Below, piece after piece: positions 18,287-28,237 of a DNA stretch of 64,000 bases. The notes below the pieces were generated by a model. That model was not told where the DNA came from and searched no databases. It saw only the letters and a list, made by a program, of their open reading frames with translations. Positions within the stretch are counted from its first letter, which is position 1. The number at the start of each line of letters is the position of its first letter. The stretch comes from Acidimicrobiales bacterium (GTDB lineage Bacteria > Actinomycetota > Acidimicrobiia > Acidimicrobiales > Bog-793), in contig JBEKMC010000010.1 in NCBI GenBank assembly GCA_050008715.1, positions 10,545-74,544 of the forward strand, in the 5' to 3' direction. Position numbers and translations under genes: made by a program.

Positions 18287-19585
18287 ATGAGGTACATGCG
18301 ATTCCGACTCGTGGTTCCAGCGGCCGTCGTGCTCGCGGCGTCGTTGGCGGCCTGCGGGAACGCCAAGACGACCGTGAACAACGGCGGCAACTCGAACGGC
18401 GTCACGGCTCATTCGATCGTCGTGGGCGGCATCGCCTCGGTGACCGGCCCGCTCCCGCAGGCGTTCGCGCCAGTGTTCGACGGAGTCAGCGCGTACTTCG
18501 ACATGGTGAACGCCTCGGGGGGCATCAACGGCCGGACGATCAAGTTCGCCTACCAGCTCGACGACGAGTCGGACCCCGCCATCGACGTGCAGCAGGCACG
18601 GGCCCTCGTGCAGTCGGACCACGTGTTCGCCGTCGTCGGTGTGGCCACGCCGAGCTTCAACGGGGCGTCGTATCTGGCGGCCAACAGCGTGCCGACCTTC
18701 GGCTACAACGTCAACCCGCAATGGTCGGACGGCCAGAGCCTCTTCGGTTACGACGGCTCGTACATCGATTTCGAGCACCCCGGCCCCGAGTCCGCCTATC
18801 TGGCCGAGCAGCTGGGATCGAAGCGGGTCGGCATCATCGCCTACAACCTCTCCCAGTCGGCGGACGGCTGCATCGGCGTCGCCAACACGATGATGAAGTT
18901 CCACATCCCGGTCGCCTTCGAGGATCTCTCGATCTCGCCGCCCGCGATCGACCTGAGCGCCGACGTCAACCGGATGCGCGCCCACGGTGTCGACTTCGTC
19001 GCCAGCTGCCTCGACCTCAACGGGAACCTCGTGCTCTCACGCGCCCTGCAGGCGGCCGGAATGGGATCGGTCGCCCAGTACTGGCTCGACGGCTACGACG
19101 AGGCTGCCATCCGGACGAGCGCGGCCCTGATGGACGGCGTCTATCTCCTGATCGGTCATGTGCCGTTCGAATCGGGCGAGTCCCAGCCGCAGCGCTACCC
19201 GGCCATGGCGCTCTACCTGAAGGAGATCCGGAAGTACTTCCCTGGTGACGAGCCGAGCGAGCCGTCGCTCGCGGGCTGGGTGAGCGCCGAGATGTTCTCC
19301 GACGCCCTCAGAGCGATCGGGAGCGATGTCACGAGGGCGCGGCTCGTGGCAGCGGTGAACTCGCTCACCGCGTATACCGGAGGGCTGATGGCCCCGATCG
19401 ACTGGAAAGCCGAGCATCGCGAGGTCGGGCCGGTGGACTGCAACGTGTACGTGCGGGCCAACAGCACAGAGTTCGTGCCGGTCTTCGGCTCGTCGCGCAC
19501 CGTGTTCACGTGTTTTCAGTACCCGCAGCCCTCTTCGAACAAGGTGGTCGTCGTGCCACCTCCCGCCTTCACGCCCGGAGGCTGA
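18287..19585 (+). CDS. ABC transporter substrate-binding lipoprotein, Leu/Ile/Val-binding (PBP1) family
   Basis: Signal peptide with lipobox (AASLAACG). The start is ATG 18287 or 18296. Followed by LivHM/G/F-type genes. Confidence 0.8.
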   Translation: MRYMRFRLVVPAAVVLAASLAACGNAKTTVNNGGNSNGVTAHSIVVGGIASVTGPLPQAFAPVFDGVSAYFDMVNASGGINGRTIKFAYQLDDESDPAIDVQQARALVQSDHVFAVVGVATPSFNGASYLAANSVPTFGYNVNPQWSDGQSLFGYDGSYIDFEHPGPESAYLAEQLGSKRVGIIAYNLSQSADGCIGVANTMMKFHIPVAFEDLSISPPAIDLSADVNRMRAHGVDFVASCLDLNGNLVLSRALQAAGMGSVAQYWLDGYDEAAIRTSAALMDGVYLLIGHVPFESGESQPQRYPAMALYLKEIRKYFPGDEPSEPSLAGWVSAEMFSDALRAIGSDVTRARLVAAVNSLTAYTGGLMAPIDWKAEHREVGPVDCNVYVRANSTEFVPVFGSSRTVFTCFQYPQPSSNKVVVVPPPAFTPGG

Positions 19586-19594
19586 CCCGCCGAA

Positions 19595-21535
19595 GTGAGC
19601 CAACTACTCTCGTATGCCATTCCCGGCCTGCCGTACGGGTGCGTCTTCGCCTTGCTCGGAATGGGCCTCGTGCTCACCTACCAGACCTCCGGTGTGTTCA
19701 ACCTCGCATTCGGTGCGCAGGCGTACGCCTCTGCCGTCGTCTTCTTCGTGTCCGTCCAGAACGGATGGCCCGTGTGGGCGGCTTTCCTCCTCGCCGTCGT
19801 CTTCGGTGCGCCCGTGCTCGGGGCCGTCCTGCAGTTCGGCCTCTACCGGCACGTCCGCACGAAACCCCCCCTCGTCAAACTCGTCGCCGCCCTCGGCATG
19901 CTCATCGCCATCCCTGCCGTCCTTCAGGTGGCGTTCGGTGCCGACCAGCTCATCAACCCGCCGGCACTGTGGCTGGCGCCGTCGGCCATCTATTTCCATG
20001 TGGCAGGAGACGCCATCGACGGCACGGAGCTGTCGACGGTCATCGTCACTGCAGCCGTCGCCCTGCTGCTCTCGCTCATGTTCCACTTCACACAGATCGG
20101 CCTGCGCATGCGGGCGATGGCCGAAAGCCCGCGCATGGTCTCCCTCGCCGGCGTCAACGCCGAGGTCACCGGTTTTGCGAGCTGGATGCTCTCGAGCTTC
20201 CTCGCCGGCCTCGCCGGCGTGTTGCTCGCTCCGGCTTTCGGGGGGCTGCAGTCGACGAACTTCACCGCATTGCTCGTCGCCGCCGTTGCGGCCGCTGCTG
20301 CCGGCAGCCTGCGAAGCCTGCCGTGGACGTTCTTCGGTGGAATCCTCCTCGGTGTGGCCGAGGAGCTGCTGAGCGGGTACCTCCCGTCGGGTCAGATCCT
20401 CTCGTCCGGCCTACGACCTGCATTCCCCTTCGTCGTGTTGTTGGGCCTTCTCGTGTTCCTGCCGGGTCTGCGCCGTCGCTGGGCGAGGACCGATGACCCC
20501 CTCGCCGCCTGCGACCCGCCGCCCGCCCCGCTCACCTCCACGGTCGGAGGTGCTCTGTTCCGGCGGGCATCCCGCGGGACTATCGCCCTACTCCTGGCGG
20601 CGTTCGTCGTGTCCGCGCTGACCTGGGTGTCGGGCAGTTGGGTGTTCACGATCACCCAGATCCTCGTCTTCGCGATCGTGTTCCTCTCGATCGTGCTCCT
20701 CACCGGCATGAGCGGGCAGATCTCGCTGTGCCAGGCGAGCTTCGCCGGTGTCGGCGCCTTCACCGCCGGCCAGATGGCAGATCACTTCGGCATCTCGATC
20801 CTGCTCGGGATCGTCATCGCAGCAGTCGTGAGCGCCGCCGTCGGAGTGATCGTGGCGCTACCGGCCCTGCGGCTCGGCGGGCTGGCGCTCGCCCTCGCCA
20901 CGCTGGCCTTCGGCCTTCTGGCGGACAACATCGGCTTCCAATACTCGTGGTCGGGGAACGGCCAGAGCGGGATCTCGGTGCCCCGTCCTCAGCTCGGCTC
21001 GATCAACTTCACGAACGACCGGGCGTTCTTCGTCCTCGTACTCGTGGTGCTCGCCATCTGCGTCGTCGTCGTGGCGGCGATCGCCCGTGGCACCACCGGG
21101 CGGCAGCTCGCCGCCCTGCGCGGGAGTGAGCTCGCAGCGGCTTCCATCGGCGTCAATCCGGCACGGCTCAAGATCATCGTGTTCGCGCTCTCGGCGGGCA
21201 TCGCCGGCGTCGGCGGTGCCTTGTACGCCTCCCTCGACCAGAGCGTGTCGTCGAGCGACTTCAACACGCTCGTCTCGCTCGTTCTCGTCGTCGTCATCGC
21301 CACCGTCGGCGTCTCGAGCATCGAGGGGGCCATCGAGGCCGGCGTCGCCTACGTGCTCGTGAACACCGTGCTCACGAGCGACCTCCCCGCTCAGTACTCG
21401 AGCTTGCTCGAGCTCGTGTTCGGGGCTGGCGTGATCGTCTATGTGCTCCATCCCGAGGGGGTCGTCGAGGTCTCCAAGCGCTTCGTGCTCGACCACGTCC
21501 TGCGGCGGCCGACCGAGCCCGAGGCCGCCGTATGA
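19595..21535 (+). CDS. Branched-chain amino acid ABC transporter permease, fused LivH-LivM type
   Basis: 646 aa and highly hydrophobic, with two permease halves. GTG start. Sits between the binding-protein and ATPase genes. Confidence 0.82.
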   Translation: MSQLLSYAIPGLPYGCVFALLGMGLVLTYQTSGVFNLAFGAQAYASAVVFFVSVQNGWPVWAAFLLAVVFGAPVLGAVLQFGLYRHVRTKPPLVKLVAALGMLIAIPAVLQVAFGADQLINPPALWLAPSAIYFHVAGDAIDGTELSTVIVTAAVALLLSLMFHFTQIGLRMRAMAESPRMVSLAGVNAEVTGFASWMLSSFLAGLAGVLLAPAFGGLQSTNFTALLVAAVAAAAAGSLRSLPWTFFGGILLGVAEELLSGYLPSGQILSSGLRPAFPFVVLLGLLVFLPGLRRRWARTDDPLAACDPPPAPLTSTVGGALFRRASRGTIALLLAAFVVSALTWVSGSWVFTITQILVFAIVFLSIVLLTGMSGQISLCQASFAGVGAFTAGQMADHFGISILLGIVIAAVVSAAVGVIVALPALRLGGLALALATLAFGLLADNIGFQYSWSGNGQSGISVPRPQLGSINFTNDRAFFVLVLVVLAICVVVVAAIARGTTGRQLAALRGSELAAASIGVNPARLKIIVFALSAGIAGVGGALYASLDQSVSSSDFNTLVSLVLVVVIATVGVSSIEGAIEAGVAYVLVNTVLTSDLPAQYSSLLELVFGAGVIVYVLHPEGVVEVSKRFVLDHVLRRPTEPEAAV

Positions 21536-22293
21536 GTGCCCTGCTGGATGTCGTCGGCCTGGGCAAGCGCTTCGGGGGCATCAAGGCACTCGACGACGTC
21601 TCGCTCGAGGTGAGCGCTGGCGAGGCGGTCGGCCTGATCGGGCCGAACGGCGCCGGCAAGACGACGCTGTTCGACTGCGTCACGGGTGTGCGCCGCGCCG
21701 ACACCGGGGAGATCCGCTTCGCCGGCGCGCAGATCGACAACTTGCCGATCTGGCGACGGGCCCGCCTCGGGATCGGCCGCACCTTCCAACGCATCGAGTT
21801 GTTCGGAGGGATGACGGCACGTGACCACCTGCTCGTGGCCGAACGCGAGCGCGCCGGGGACGGGAGGGTCTGGAAGGACCTGTTATGGCGTGGAGGCCCT
21901 CGCCACGACGAGCTCGACCGCGTGGAGAAGATGATCGCCGAGCTCGGCCTCGAGCCGTTCGCCGACGCTGCCATCGAGTCCCTCAGCCTCGGTCAGGGCC
22001 GGCTCGTCGAACTGGGTCGGGCGCTCATGATCGAGCCACGGCTCCTCCTGCTCGACGAGCCGTCGTCCGGGTTGGACTCTCGCGAGAGCGGCGACCTCGC
22101 CGCGGTGATCAACGAGCTGCGTCATCGGCGGGAGATGGCGGTGCTCCTCGTGGAGCACGATCTCGACCTCGTCCACGCCGTCGCCGAGCGCGCCTATGTG
22201 ATCGACTTCGGGCGCCTGATCGCCTCCGGCCCGCTCGACGACGTCCTTGCCGATTCCGGCGTGCGTCGCGCCTACCTGGGGCAGGAAAAGTGA
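21532..22293 (+). CDS. ABC transporter ATP-binding protein (LivG-type)
   Basis: Walker A GPNGAGKTTLF, signature LSLGQGRLVELGRAL, Walker B LLLLDEP. ATGA overlap with the permease gene. Confidence 0.9.
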   Translation: MSALLDVVGLGKRFGGIKALDDVSLEVSAGEAVGLIGPNGAGKTTLFDCVTGVRRADTGEIRFAGAQIDNLPIWRRARLGIGRTFQRIELFGGMTARDHLLVAERERAGDGRVWKDLLWRGGPRHDELDRVEKMIAELGLEPFADAAIESLSLGQGRLVELGRALMIEPRLLLLDEPSSGLDSRESGDLAAVINELRHRREMAVLLVEHDLDLVHAVAERAYVIDFGRLIASGPLDDVLADSGVRRAYLGQEK

Positions 22294-23021
22294 ACGTGAC
22301 CGGAGCGGCGCCGCCTGCGCTCGAGCTGCGGCACGTGCATGCCGCCTACGGTCGTTTCCGGGCCCTGTTCGACGTCTCGTTCTGCGTCGCCAAGGGCTCA
22401 GTCGCCGCCATGCTCGGCCCGAACGGGGCCGGCAAGTCGACCATCGCCCGTGTGGTCGCCGGCCTCGTCCCCACGACGGCCGGTGCGGTGCTGCTCGGCG
22501 GTGAGGACGTCACCGGCATGCCCGTCGATCGCATTGTGCGCCACGGCCTCGCCTTCGCACCGGAAGGTAGGCCGGTGTTCGCAACCCTGGACGTGGAGGA
22601 CAACCTCCGGCTGACGTTCTGCCGCCAGCTGCCGCGTCGGGAGGTGGCGGGCGCCCTCGAGCGGTCCTACGCGCGCTTCCCTCACCTGAAGACCCGCAGG
22701 CGCCAGCTGGCCGGCACGCTGTCAGGCGGGGAGCAGCGGCTCCTTGCCCTCGCTCGGGTCCTTGCCGTGCCGCCCAGCCTGCTCGTCGTCGACGAGCTGT
22801 CTCTCGGCTTGGCGCCGAGAGCCGTGGACGACGTATTCGCCGCTCTTCGCGAGATCAACGAGGCGGGAACGAGCCTCCTCGTCGTCGAGCAGCAGGTCAC
22901 CCGGGCGCTCGAGCTTGCCAGCCAGGTGATCGTGCTTCGCAAAGGTCGCGTGACCCACGATGTCGCCGCCAACGAGATGCCCGAGGATGTCGCGAACGAG
23001 CTGCTGCCGGTGTCCCCTTGA
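22290..23021 (+). CDS. ABC transporter ATP-binding protein (LivF-type)
   Basis: Frame of ORF 21885..23021. GTG 22290 overlaps the livG-type stop. Walker A GPNGAGKSTIA, signature LSGGEQRLLAL, Walker B LLVVDELS. Confidence 0.9.
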   Translation: MNVTGAAPPALELRHVHAAYGRFRALFDVSFCVAKGSVAAMLGPNGAGKSTIARVVAGLVPTTAGAVLLGGEDVTGMPVDRIVRHGLAFAPEGRPVFATLDVEDNLRLTFCRQLPRREVAGALERSYARFPHLKTRRRQLAGTLSGGEQRLLALARVLAVPPSLLVVDELSLGLAPRAVDDVFAALREINEAGTSLLVVEQQVTRALELASQVIVLRKGRVTHDVAANEMPEDVANELLPVSP

Positions 23022-23040
23022 GGTTCGCTCCGGACCGCCG

Positions 23041-24012
23041 TCAGCCGCAGGTCTTTGCGACGCGCAACGAGATGACGTGGCCGTCTCGCACGCCGTACAG
23101 CGGGCCTTCCCCGTAGCAATCCTGGTGGGAGATCTGCACGACGCGGGTGGCGCCCGTGGAGATCGCGCCGATGGCGATCCCGGTTGTCGAGATGGCGACC
23201 GTGGCGATGACCTTGCTGCCCCCGATCGCCTGCATCTCGCTGTTGCCGTTGCCCACCCAGCAGCCGCCGCTCACGACCGACACATGGCCCTGTGTGTCGA
23301 CGATCCCCGCCAAACCGGTCGGCCCGATGCCCGGCTTGGGACAGGTGAGGACGTGGATCGTGGCCACCACGTGTGTCCCGGCGGCCAGATCAGCAGTGTT
23401 CAGCTCCTCAACCTTGACCGTTGCGCCTCCGCGAAGCAGTACGAGCGTGTGCCCGTCAGGAAGAAACCCCGCCAGTGCCTTGCCGTCGAATCCTGTGACC
23501 ACCCACTTCTTCGTCGACGTGCTCCACAGCTCCAGGTGTGAGTTCAGCACGGCGGCGCGCCCGCCGGAGCTCGAGACGGCCACTGTGTCGGTCTCGTAGC
23601 CGTACGTGCTGGACGGCAGCTGTACGACGGCGTGGGGCTTGCCGCCGGCGCCGGGTGCGGACACGATCGACGGACCGCCCTTGAGCGAATCGGCGAGCAA
23701 ATACACCACCGAACCCGTCACGGGAGCACTCACCCACTCGTAGCTCGTCGTGCTGGCGGGGACGAAGAGCGTACGGATCAGGTGCCCGTTCACACCGGAG
23801 TAGAGGCCGATTCCGGGGATCGGGCCGACGCCGCCGTGCACCGGCGGCTCGTCTGCTGCGTAGTCGCCCGACACGGATAGCGACACCGACGCCGAGGTGG
23901 CTCTTGGGCGCCCGAGCGCTCTGGAAGCGGCGGCTGTGTTGGGAGCCACCGCCAGAGTGAACACGGCTGCGACGGCGGCGAGCGAGGCGGCGATGCGAGG
24001 GATTGGTGTCAC
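23041..24012 (-). CDS. Secreted protein of unknown function (beta-rich)
   Basis: 323 aa with an N-terminal signal peptide (IAASLAAVAAVFTLAVAPNTAAA). Gly/Ser/Thr/Val-rich, with four Cys near the C-terminus. No motif recognised. Confidence 0.6.
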   Translation of the reverse strand: MTPIPRIAASLAAVAAVFTLAVAPNTAAASRALGRPRATSASVSLSVSGDYAADEPPVHGGVGPIPGIGLYSGVNGHLIRTLFVPASTTSYEWVSAPVTGSVVYLLADSLKGGPSIVSAPGAGGKPHAVVQLPSSTYGYETDTVAVSSSGGRAAVLNSHLELWSTSTKKWVVTGFDGKALAGFLPDGHTLVLLRGGATVKVEELNTADLAAGTHVVATIHVLTCPKPGIGPTGLAGIVDTQGHVSVVSGGCWVGNGNSEMQAIGGSKVIATVAISTTGIAIGAISTGATRVVQISHQDCYGEGPLYGVRDGHVISLRVAKTCG

Positions 24013-24145
24013 GCCAGTAGGTTACGCCAGCGCGGTGCCATAACACAGCCCTAATAATTCGATCATGGTGAGCTCACTTCCGACCGGTCAAATGGGCAGT
24101 GACCTACCAACTGCACCCGGAGCGGTTCCGGGGAAGGAGCAAGCC

Positions 24146-24643
24146 ATGAGCATCAAAGAAGCACTCAAGAGGAAGCTCTTGCCGATGACGGCGGGCGCTG
24201 CCGTTGTCGCACTTGCCGCCGGGGGCGTCGCCTATGCCTCGACGCCGTCGGCCGCCCCGGTGCCGGCAGCGGCTGCCACGGCGGCGAGCACGGCGTCGGC
24301 CCATCTCGGCCGGCTCGGCCTTCGGGCGGACGTTGTGCGCCTCATCCGACACACCATCCATGCCCAGCTGATCGTCGACACGAAGAAAGGTTTCGAGACG
24401 ATCGACATCGACAAGGGCAAGCTCACGACTGACTCGTCGACGACCATCACGATCAAGCGAGCGGACAAGGCCAGCGTGAGCGCCACGATCACGTCGTCCA
24501 CCAAGTTCATCGGTTTGAAGGAGTCCCAGCTCGGCACCGGCGACGGCGTCGTGCTCGTGCAGCACGGCGGCTACGCCCTCTATGTGGCGGCGAGGGCGCC
24601 GAACACGTCCTCGAACAGCACGAGCTCCACCAAGCTCAGCTGA
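24146..24643 (+). CDS. Small secreted or membrane-anchored protein of unknown function
   Basis: Frame of ORF 24065..24643. ATG 24146 follows GGAAGGAG. Signal/anchor segment LLPMTAGAAVVALAAGGVAYA. Lies directly upstream of the two-component genes. Confidence 0.6.
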   Translation: MSIKEALKRKLLPMTAGAAVVALAAGGVAYASTPSAAPVPAAAATAASTASAHLGRLGLRADVVRLIRHTIHAQLIVDTKKGFETIDIDKGKLTTDSSTTITIKRADKASVSATITSSTKFIGLKESQLGTGDGVVLVQHGGYALYVAARAPNTSSNSTSSTKLS

Positions 24644-24784
24644 AGACGGGATGCGGCGGCGCTTGCTGTGCGCTTGGGTGGGAAGCGGTAACACCCAGCC
24701 CCGCAACCAGCCCCGGCGATACCAGCCTTGCCGGCGGAGGACGAGTTCCTCCACCGGCAGGGCTGCCGGCGCGAGGCTGGTGAG

Positions 24785-25462
24785 GTGAGCCCCGATCTCG
24801 GCACGGTCGTCGTCATCGAGGACGATGCCAACATCGCGGAGTTGGTGGATCTCTACCTGCGACGGGACGGCTTTCGTGTGCTGATCGCCGGCGACGGCGC
24901 TGCAGGGCTCGCTCTCGTGCGCCGCGAGCGACCGCGTATGGTGATCCTCGACGTGGGCCTTCCGGGAGAGCGCGACGGCTTCGAAGTCTGCCGCACTCTT
25001 CGCGCAGAAGGAGATTGGCCCGTCATGTTCCTCACGGCTCGGGACGACGAGATCGACCGTGTCCTCGGGCTCGAGCTCGGGGCGGACGACTACCTCACGA
25101 AGCCCTTCTCGCCCCGCGAGCTCGTCGCCCGCGTCCGGGCGGTCCTTCGGCGCACCGAGCGGCCTCCGCTGAGCGACGCAGTCGTCGCCGTCGGCGACAT
25201 CTCGATCGACCCGTCCCGGCGGGAGGTGCGCGTCGGCGGCACCCTGGTGGCCCTGACCACCCGCGAGTTCGATCTCTTGCACTGGATGAGCGAGCACCAG
25301 GGGTTCGTGTTGAGCCGCCAGCAGCTGCTGGACGGCGCCTGGGGCTCGGGTTGGTACGGGGACGCGCGCACGGTCGACGTGCACATCGCCCAGCTACGGC
25401 GCAAGCTCGGAGACTCCCTGCCGCTCTCGACGGTGAGAGGTGTCGGTTACCGCCTTGCATGA
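24785..25462 (+). CDS. OmpR/PhoB-family response regulator
   Basis: Frame of ORF 24728..25462 with the start at GTG 24785. Receiver motifs IEDD, VILDVGLPG and DDYLTKPF. Winged-helix C-terminus ending VRGVGYRL. Confidence 0.9.
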   Translation: MSPDLGTVVVIEDDANIAELVDLYLRRDGFRVLIAGDGAAGLALVRRERPRMVILDVGLPGERDGFEVCRTLRAEGDWPVMFLTARDDEIDRVLGLELGADDYLTKPFSPRELVARVRAVLRRTERPPLSDAVVAVGDISIDPSRREVRVGGTLVALTTREFDLLHWMSEHQGFVLSRQQLLDGAWGSGWYGDARTVDVHIAQLRRKLGDSLPLSTVRGVGYRLA

Positions 25463-25513
25463 GGCCGACGGAGCCAATCCGGCCGGCCTTAAAGCCGCCG
25501 ATGGAGCAGTGCG

Positions 25514-26899
25514 ATGAGGAGCCGGCTGACGCTCGTGCTCGTCCTGCTCATGGCGGCAACCTTGCTCGTCGCCGGCGTGGGCACGCTGCTCGTGACTCGC
25601 CGCGCGGCCCGCAACGATGCCACCCGCCAGCTGTTGGTCGAGGCGACGACGTTCGCGGGGGCGTCGAACCGGCTGCAGACACCCCGCCTCTTGAGAGTGG
25701 TGGACGAAGTGTTGCGACCGGAGAAGGGCCGCATCATCACCATCACGGCATCCGGCGACATCCCGACCCAGCTGCCCGCCGGCCTGACCGCCGCCGAGCT
25801 CGATCCGGCCAAGCTGCTTGCCGGCAGGGATGTCACCGGCATGGCGGACGGATCGGTCTTCGCCGCCGTGCCGGCGCAGCTCAGCGTCCGCATGGCCGCC
25901 CTCCTGCCCGCCGGCGCGCGCGTCGCCGTGTTGCTGACCCGGCAGGTGGGTGGTCTCGGCCCGAGTTGGCTGTACATCCTCCTCGTCTCCGGCATCACCC
26001 TCGTGATCGCCGCCGGCGTGGCGGCATGGTTGGCGCGCCGGATCACGCGCCCGCTCGTCGATGCGAGTGCCGTGACACGCCGCATCGCCGGTGGGGAGCT
26101 GACGGCCCGGGTGCCCGTCAGAGAAAGCCAATACCCCGAGTTGGCCTCGCTCGGCGAGTCCATCAACTCCATGGCCGAACGCCTGCAGGGAGGCCGCGAT
26201 CGAGAGCGGCAGCTGCTCTTGTCCGTGTCCCATGACCTGCGCACGCCGCTCACCTCGATCCGCGGCTACGCCGAGGCGATCGAAGACGGAGTCGCGCCGG
26301 ACGTCGCCGGGGCCGCCGCCGTCATCGTGAGCGAGTCCATTCGGCTCGAACGCCTCGTGGCCGACCTGCTCGACCTTGCCCGCCTCGGAGCCGACCGCCT
26401 CTCGCTGCACGTCGGGCCGACTGACGTCGGCGAGATCGTGGGGAGGACGGTGGACGGGTTTCGGCCGCGAGCGATCGCCGCTGCCATCGCCCTCGACGCA
26501 GTGCTGCCGCCGCCGGGGCTGCTCGTGGCGGCCGACCCGGACCGGCTCGGTCAGGTGCTGGCCAACTTGGTCGAGAACGGCCTGTCGTTCGCCACCGGCG
26601 TGGTACGGGTGAGCGTGGTCGATCCCAAGGAGAGGCAGGCGGCGGGAGGCTCGGTCTACGTGCTCGTCGAGGACGACGGCCCCGGGATCGCACCTGCGGA
26701 TCTGGAGCGGGTCTTCGACCGCTTCTACCAGGCAGACCGCGGTGTGGCTGCTCGGCGCGGCCTCGGGCTCGGCCTCGCCATCGTCGCCGAGCTGGTCCGG
26801 GCGATGGGCGGCCACGTGCGAGCGGAATCGCCGATCCGTGCGGTCGGTGGCACGCGGATGGTGGTGGAACTGCGCCCATGGGCGGGCGGGGTCCAGTAG
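25514..26899 (+). CDS. Sensor histidine kinase (2 TM, HAMP, HisKA, HATPase)
   Basis: H-box SVSHDLRTPLTSIRGY, N-box LANLVENGLSF, G-boxes EDDGPGI and GLGLGLAIV. GGAG RBS 8 nt upstream of the ATG. Confidence 0.9.
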   Translation: MRSRLTLVLVLLMAATLLVAGVGTLLVTRRAARNDATRQLLVEATTFAGASNRLQTPRLLRVVDEVLRPEKGRIITITASGDIPTQLPAGLTAAELDPAKLLAGRDVTGMADGSVFAAVPAQLSVRMAALLPAGARVAVLLTRQVGGLGPSWLYILLVSGITLVIAAGVAAWLARRITRPLVDASAVTRRIAGGELTARVPVRESQYPELASLGESINSMAERLQGGRDRERQLLLSVSHDLRTPLTSIRGYAEAIEDGVAPDVAGAAAVIVSESIRLERLVADLLDLARLGADRLSLHVGPTDVGEIVGRTVDGFRPRAIAAAIALDAVLPPPGLLVAADPDRLGQVLANLVENGLSFATGVVRVSVVDPKERQAAGGSVYVLVEDDGPGIAPADLERVFDRFYQADRGVAARRGLGLGLAIVAELVRAMGGHVRAESPIRAVGGTRMVVELRPWAGGVQ

Positions 26900-26943
26900 C
26901 GGAGCCGGCCAAGGCGTCGGTTCGGTATCGGGTTCGAGCGACG

Positions 26944-27516
26944 CTAACAGGAGATGCTGACGAAGTTCAGCAGCGTGCAGATCGTGTTCTTCGAGACGAG
27001 CCACTGATTGCTCAGGTACACCGCACCACCAGAGGAACCCGTGAGCACCGGCTTGTGGTTCGGCCCGAGGACGTCGTAGACCACGGCAGCACACGGGCTC
27101 GGCAGGAACGCTTTGGAGCAGGCGGCGCCTTGCTCGAGCTTGATCGACGAGACGCTGGCGCCGGCGGCCTCTGCTGCGAGGGGCGACTTGATGGCCTTTG
27201 TGAAGGCCCCCCGCAGGCTGCTGCCGTCCTGTACGACGGCCAGCTTCGGCGGGATCGCCGGGTTGGCGAGGTCGAACAGTGTCGTGTAGGCGTGCTTGAT
27301 GTCCGTCTCGGAGACACTCGTCGCCGGGAGCGTTCCCGAGGTGGCCGTGGTCGTAGTGCTGCTCGCTGTCGTCGTGGTGGCGACTGAGCTACTCCCGCAA
27401 GCTGCCAAGCCGAACGCGCCGAACAGGACCATCACGGTGATGCGCCAGAACTGCCGACCGCCGATCCGGAGTGGTCTTCCTCTTGCGGGCACGTTCGGTC
27501 GTCGGTCGGATGTCAT
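26944..27516 (-). CDS. Lipoprotein of unknown function
   Basis: Lipobox FGLAACGSS followed by a Thr/Ser-rich linker. The C-terminal domain has four Cys. Start uncertain (ATG 27516, or internal ATG 27432). Confidence 0.6.
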   Translation of the reverse strand: MTSDRRPNVPARGRPLRIGGRQFWRITVMVLFGAFGLAACGSSSVATTTTASSTTTTATSGTLPATSVSETDIKHAYTTLFDLANPAIPPKLAVVQDGSSLRGAFTKAIKSPLAAEAAGASVSSIKLEQGAACSKAFLPSPCAAVVYDVLGPNHKPVLTGSSGGAVYLSNQWLVSKNTICTLLNFVSISC

Positions 27517-27594
27517 CGACCGTCATACTAGGGAGGACCTGCCACGGGTCGACCCGGCGGCAATCGAGGGTGCTAGCCCGTAGATTGCGGCTTC

Positions 27595-28230
27595 GTGAGC
27601 ATCTCGACAAAACGCGGCGACAGCGGCACGACAGGTCTTCTCTACGGTGGGCGGGTTCGCAAGGACTCGGCGCGCATCGAATGCAACGGAGCAGTCGACG
27701 AGGCACAGGCGGCACTCGGCTACGCCCGCGCGCTCGTCTTGTCGACTGGTGCCAGCGGGCCTGGCAACCTCACCGGGGATGCCCTCGACGGCATGCTCGT
27801 GTCGATCGAGCGCGACCTGTGGGTTCTCATGGCCGAAGTCGCCACGTCCGACCGCAACCGCGTGAAACTTGTCGCCGGCGCCTCACTCGTCACTCCGGAG
27901 ATGGTCGAAATCCTCACGAGTCGTGTGACGGCCCTCGAGGCACTCCAGGTCGTGCCGAAGGAGTTCGTCGTGCCGGGGGAGAACCTCGCCGGGGCGGCCT
28001 TGGACGTCGCTCGGACGGTCGTGCGACGAGCCGAGCGTCTGGCGGTGTCCGCAGAATTGCCGAAGGCCTCGGCCGTCGTCCCCTATTTGAACCGCCTCTC
28101 GGACTTGTGTTGGCTGCTGGCGCGAGCCGTCGAGCGGGAGCACCTCACGGCCAAGAAGGGACCGCCGAAGCGCACCCGGCATTCACCGCGCCTTGTGGCG
28201 AACGACAGCACGCGTACGAGCGGGCCATGA
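27595..28230 (+). CDS. ATP:cob(I)alamin adenosyltransferase, PduO type
   Basis: N-terminal STKRGDSGTTGL motif plus the DEAQAALG helix bundle. GTG start. Confidence 0.85.
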   Translation: MSISTKRGDSGTTGLLYGGRVRKDSARIECNGAVDEAQAALGYARALVLSTGASGPGNLTGDALDGMLVSIERDLWVLMAEVATSDRNRVKLVAGASLVTPEMVEILTSRVTALEALQVVPKEFVVPGENLAGAALDVARTVVRRAERLAVSAELPKASAVVPYLNRLSDLCWLLARAVEREHLTAKKGPPKRTRHSPRLVANDSTRTSGP

Positions 28231-28237
28231 TGGCCAC

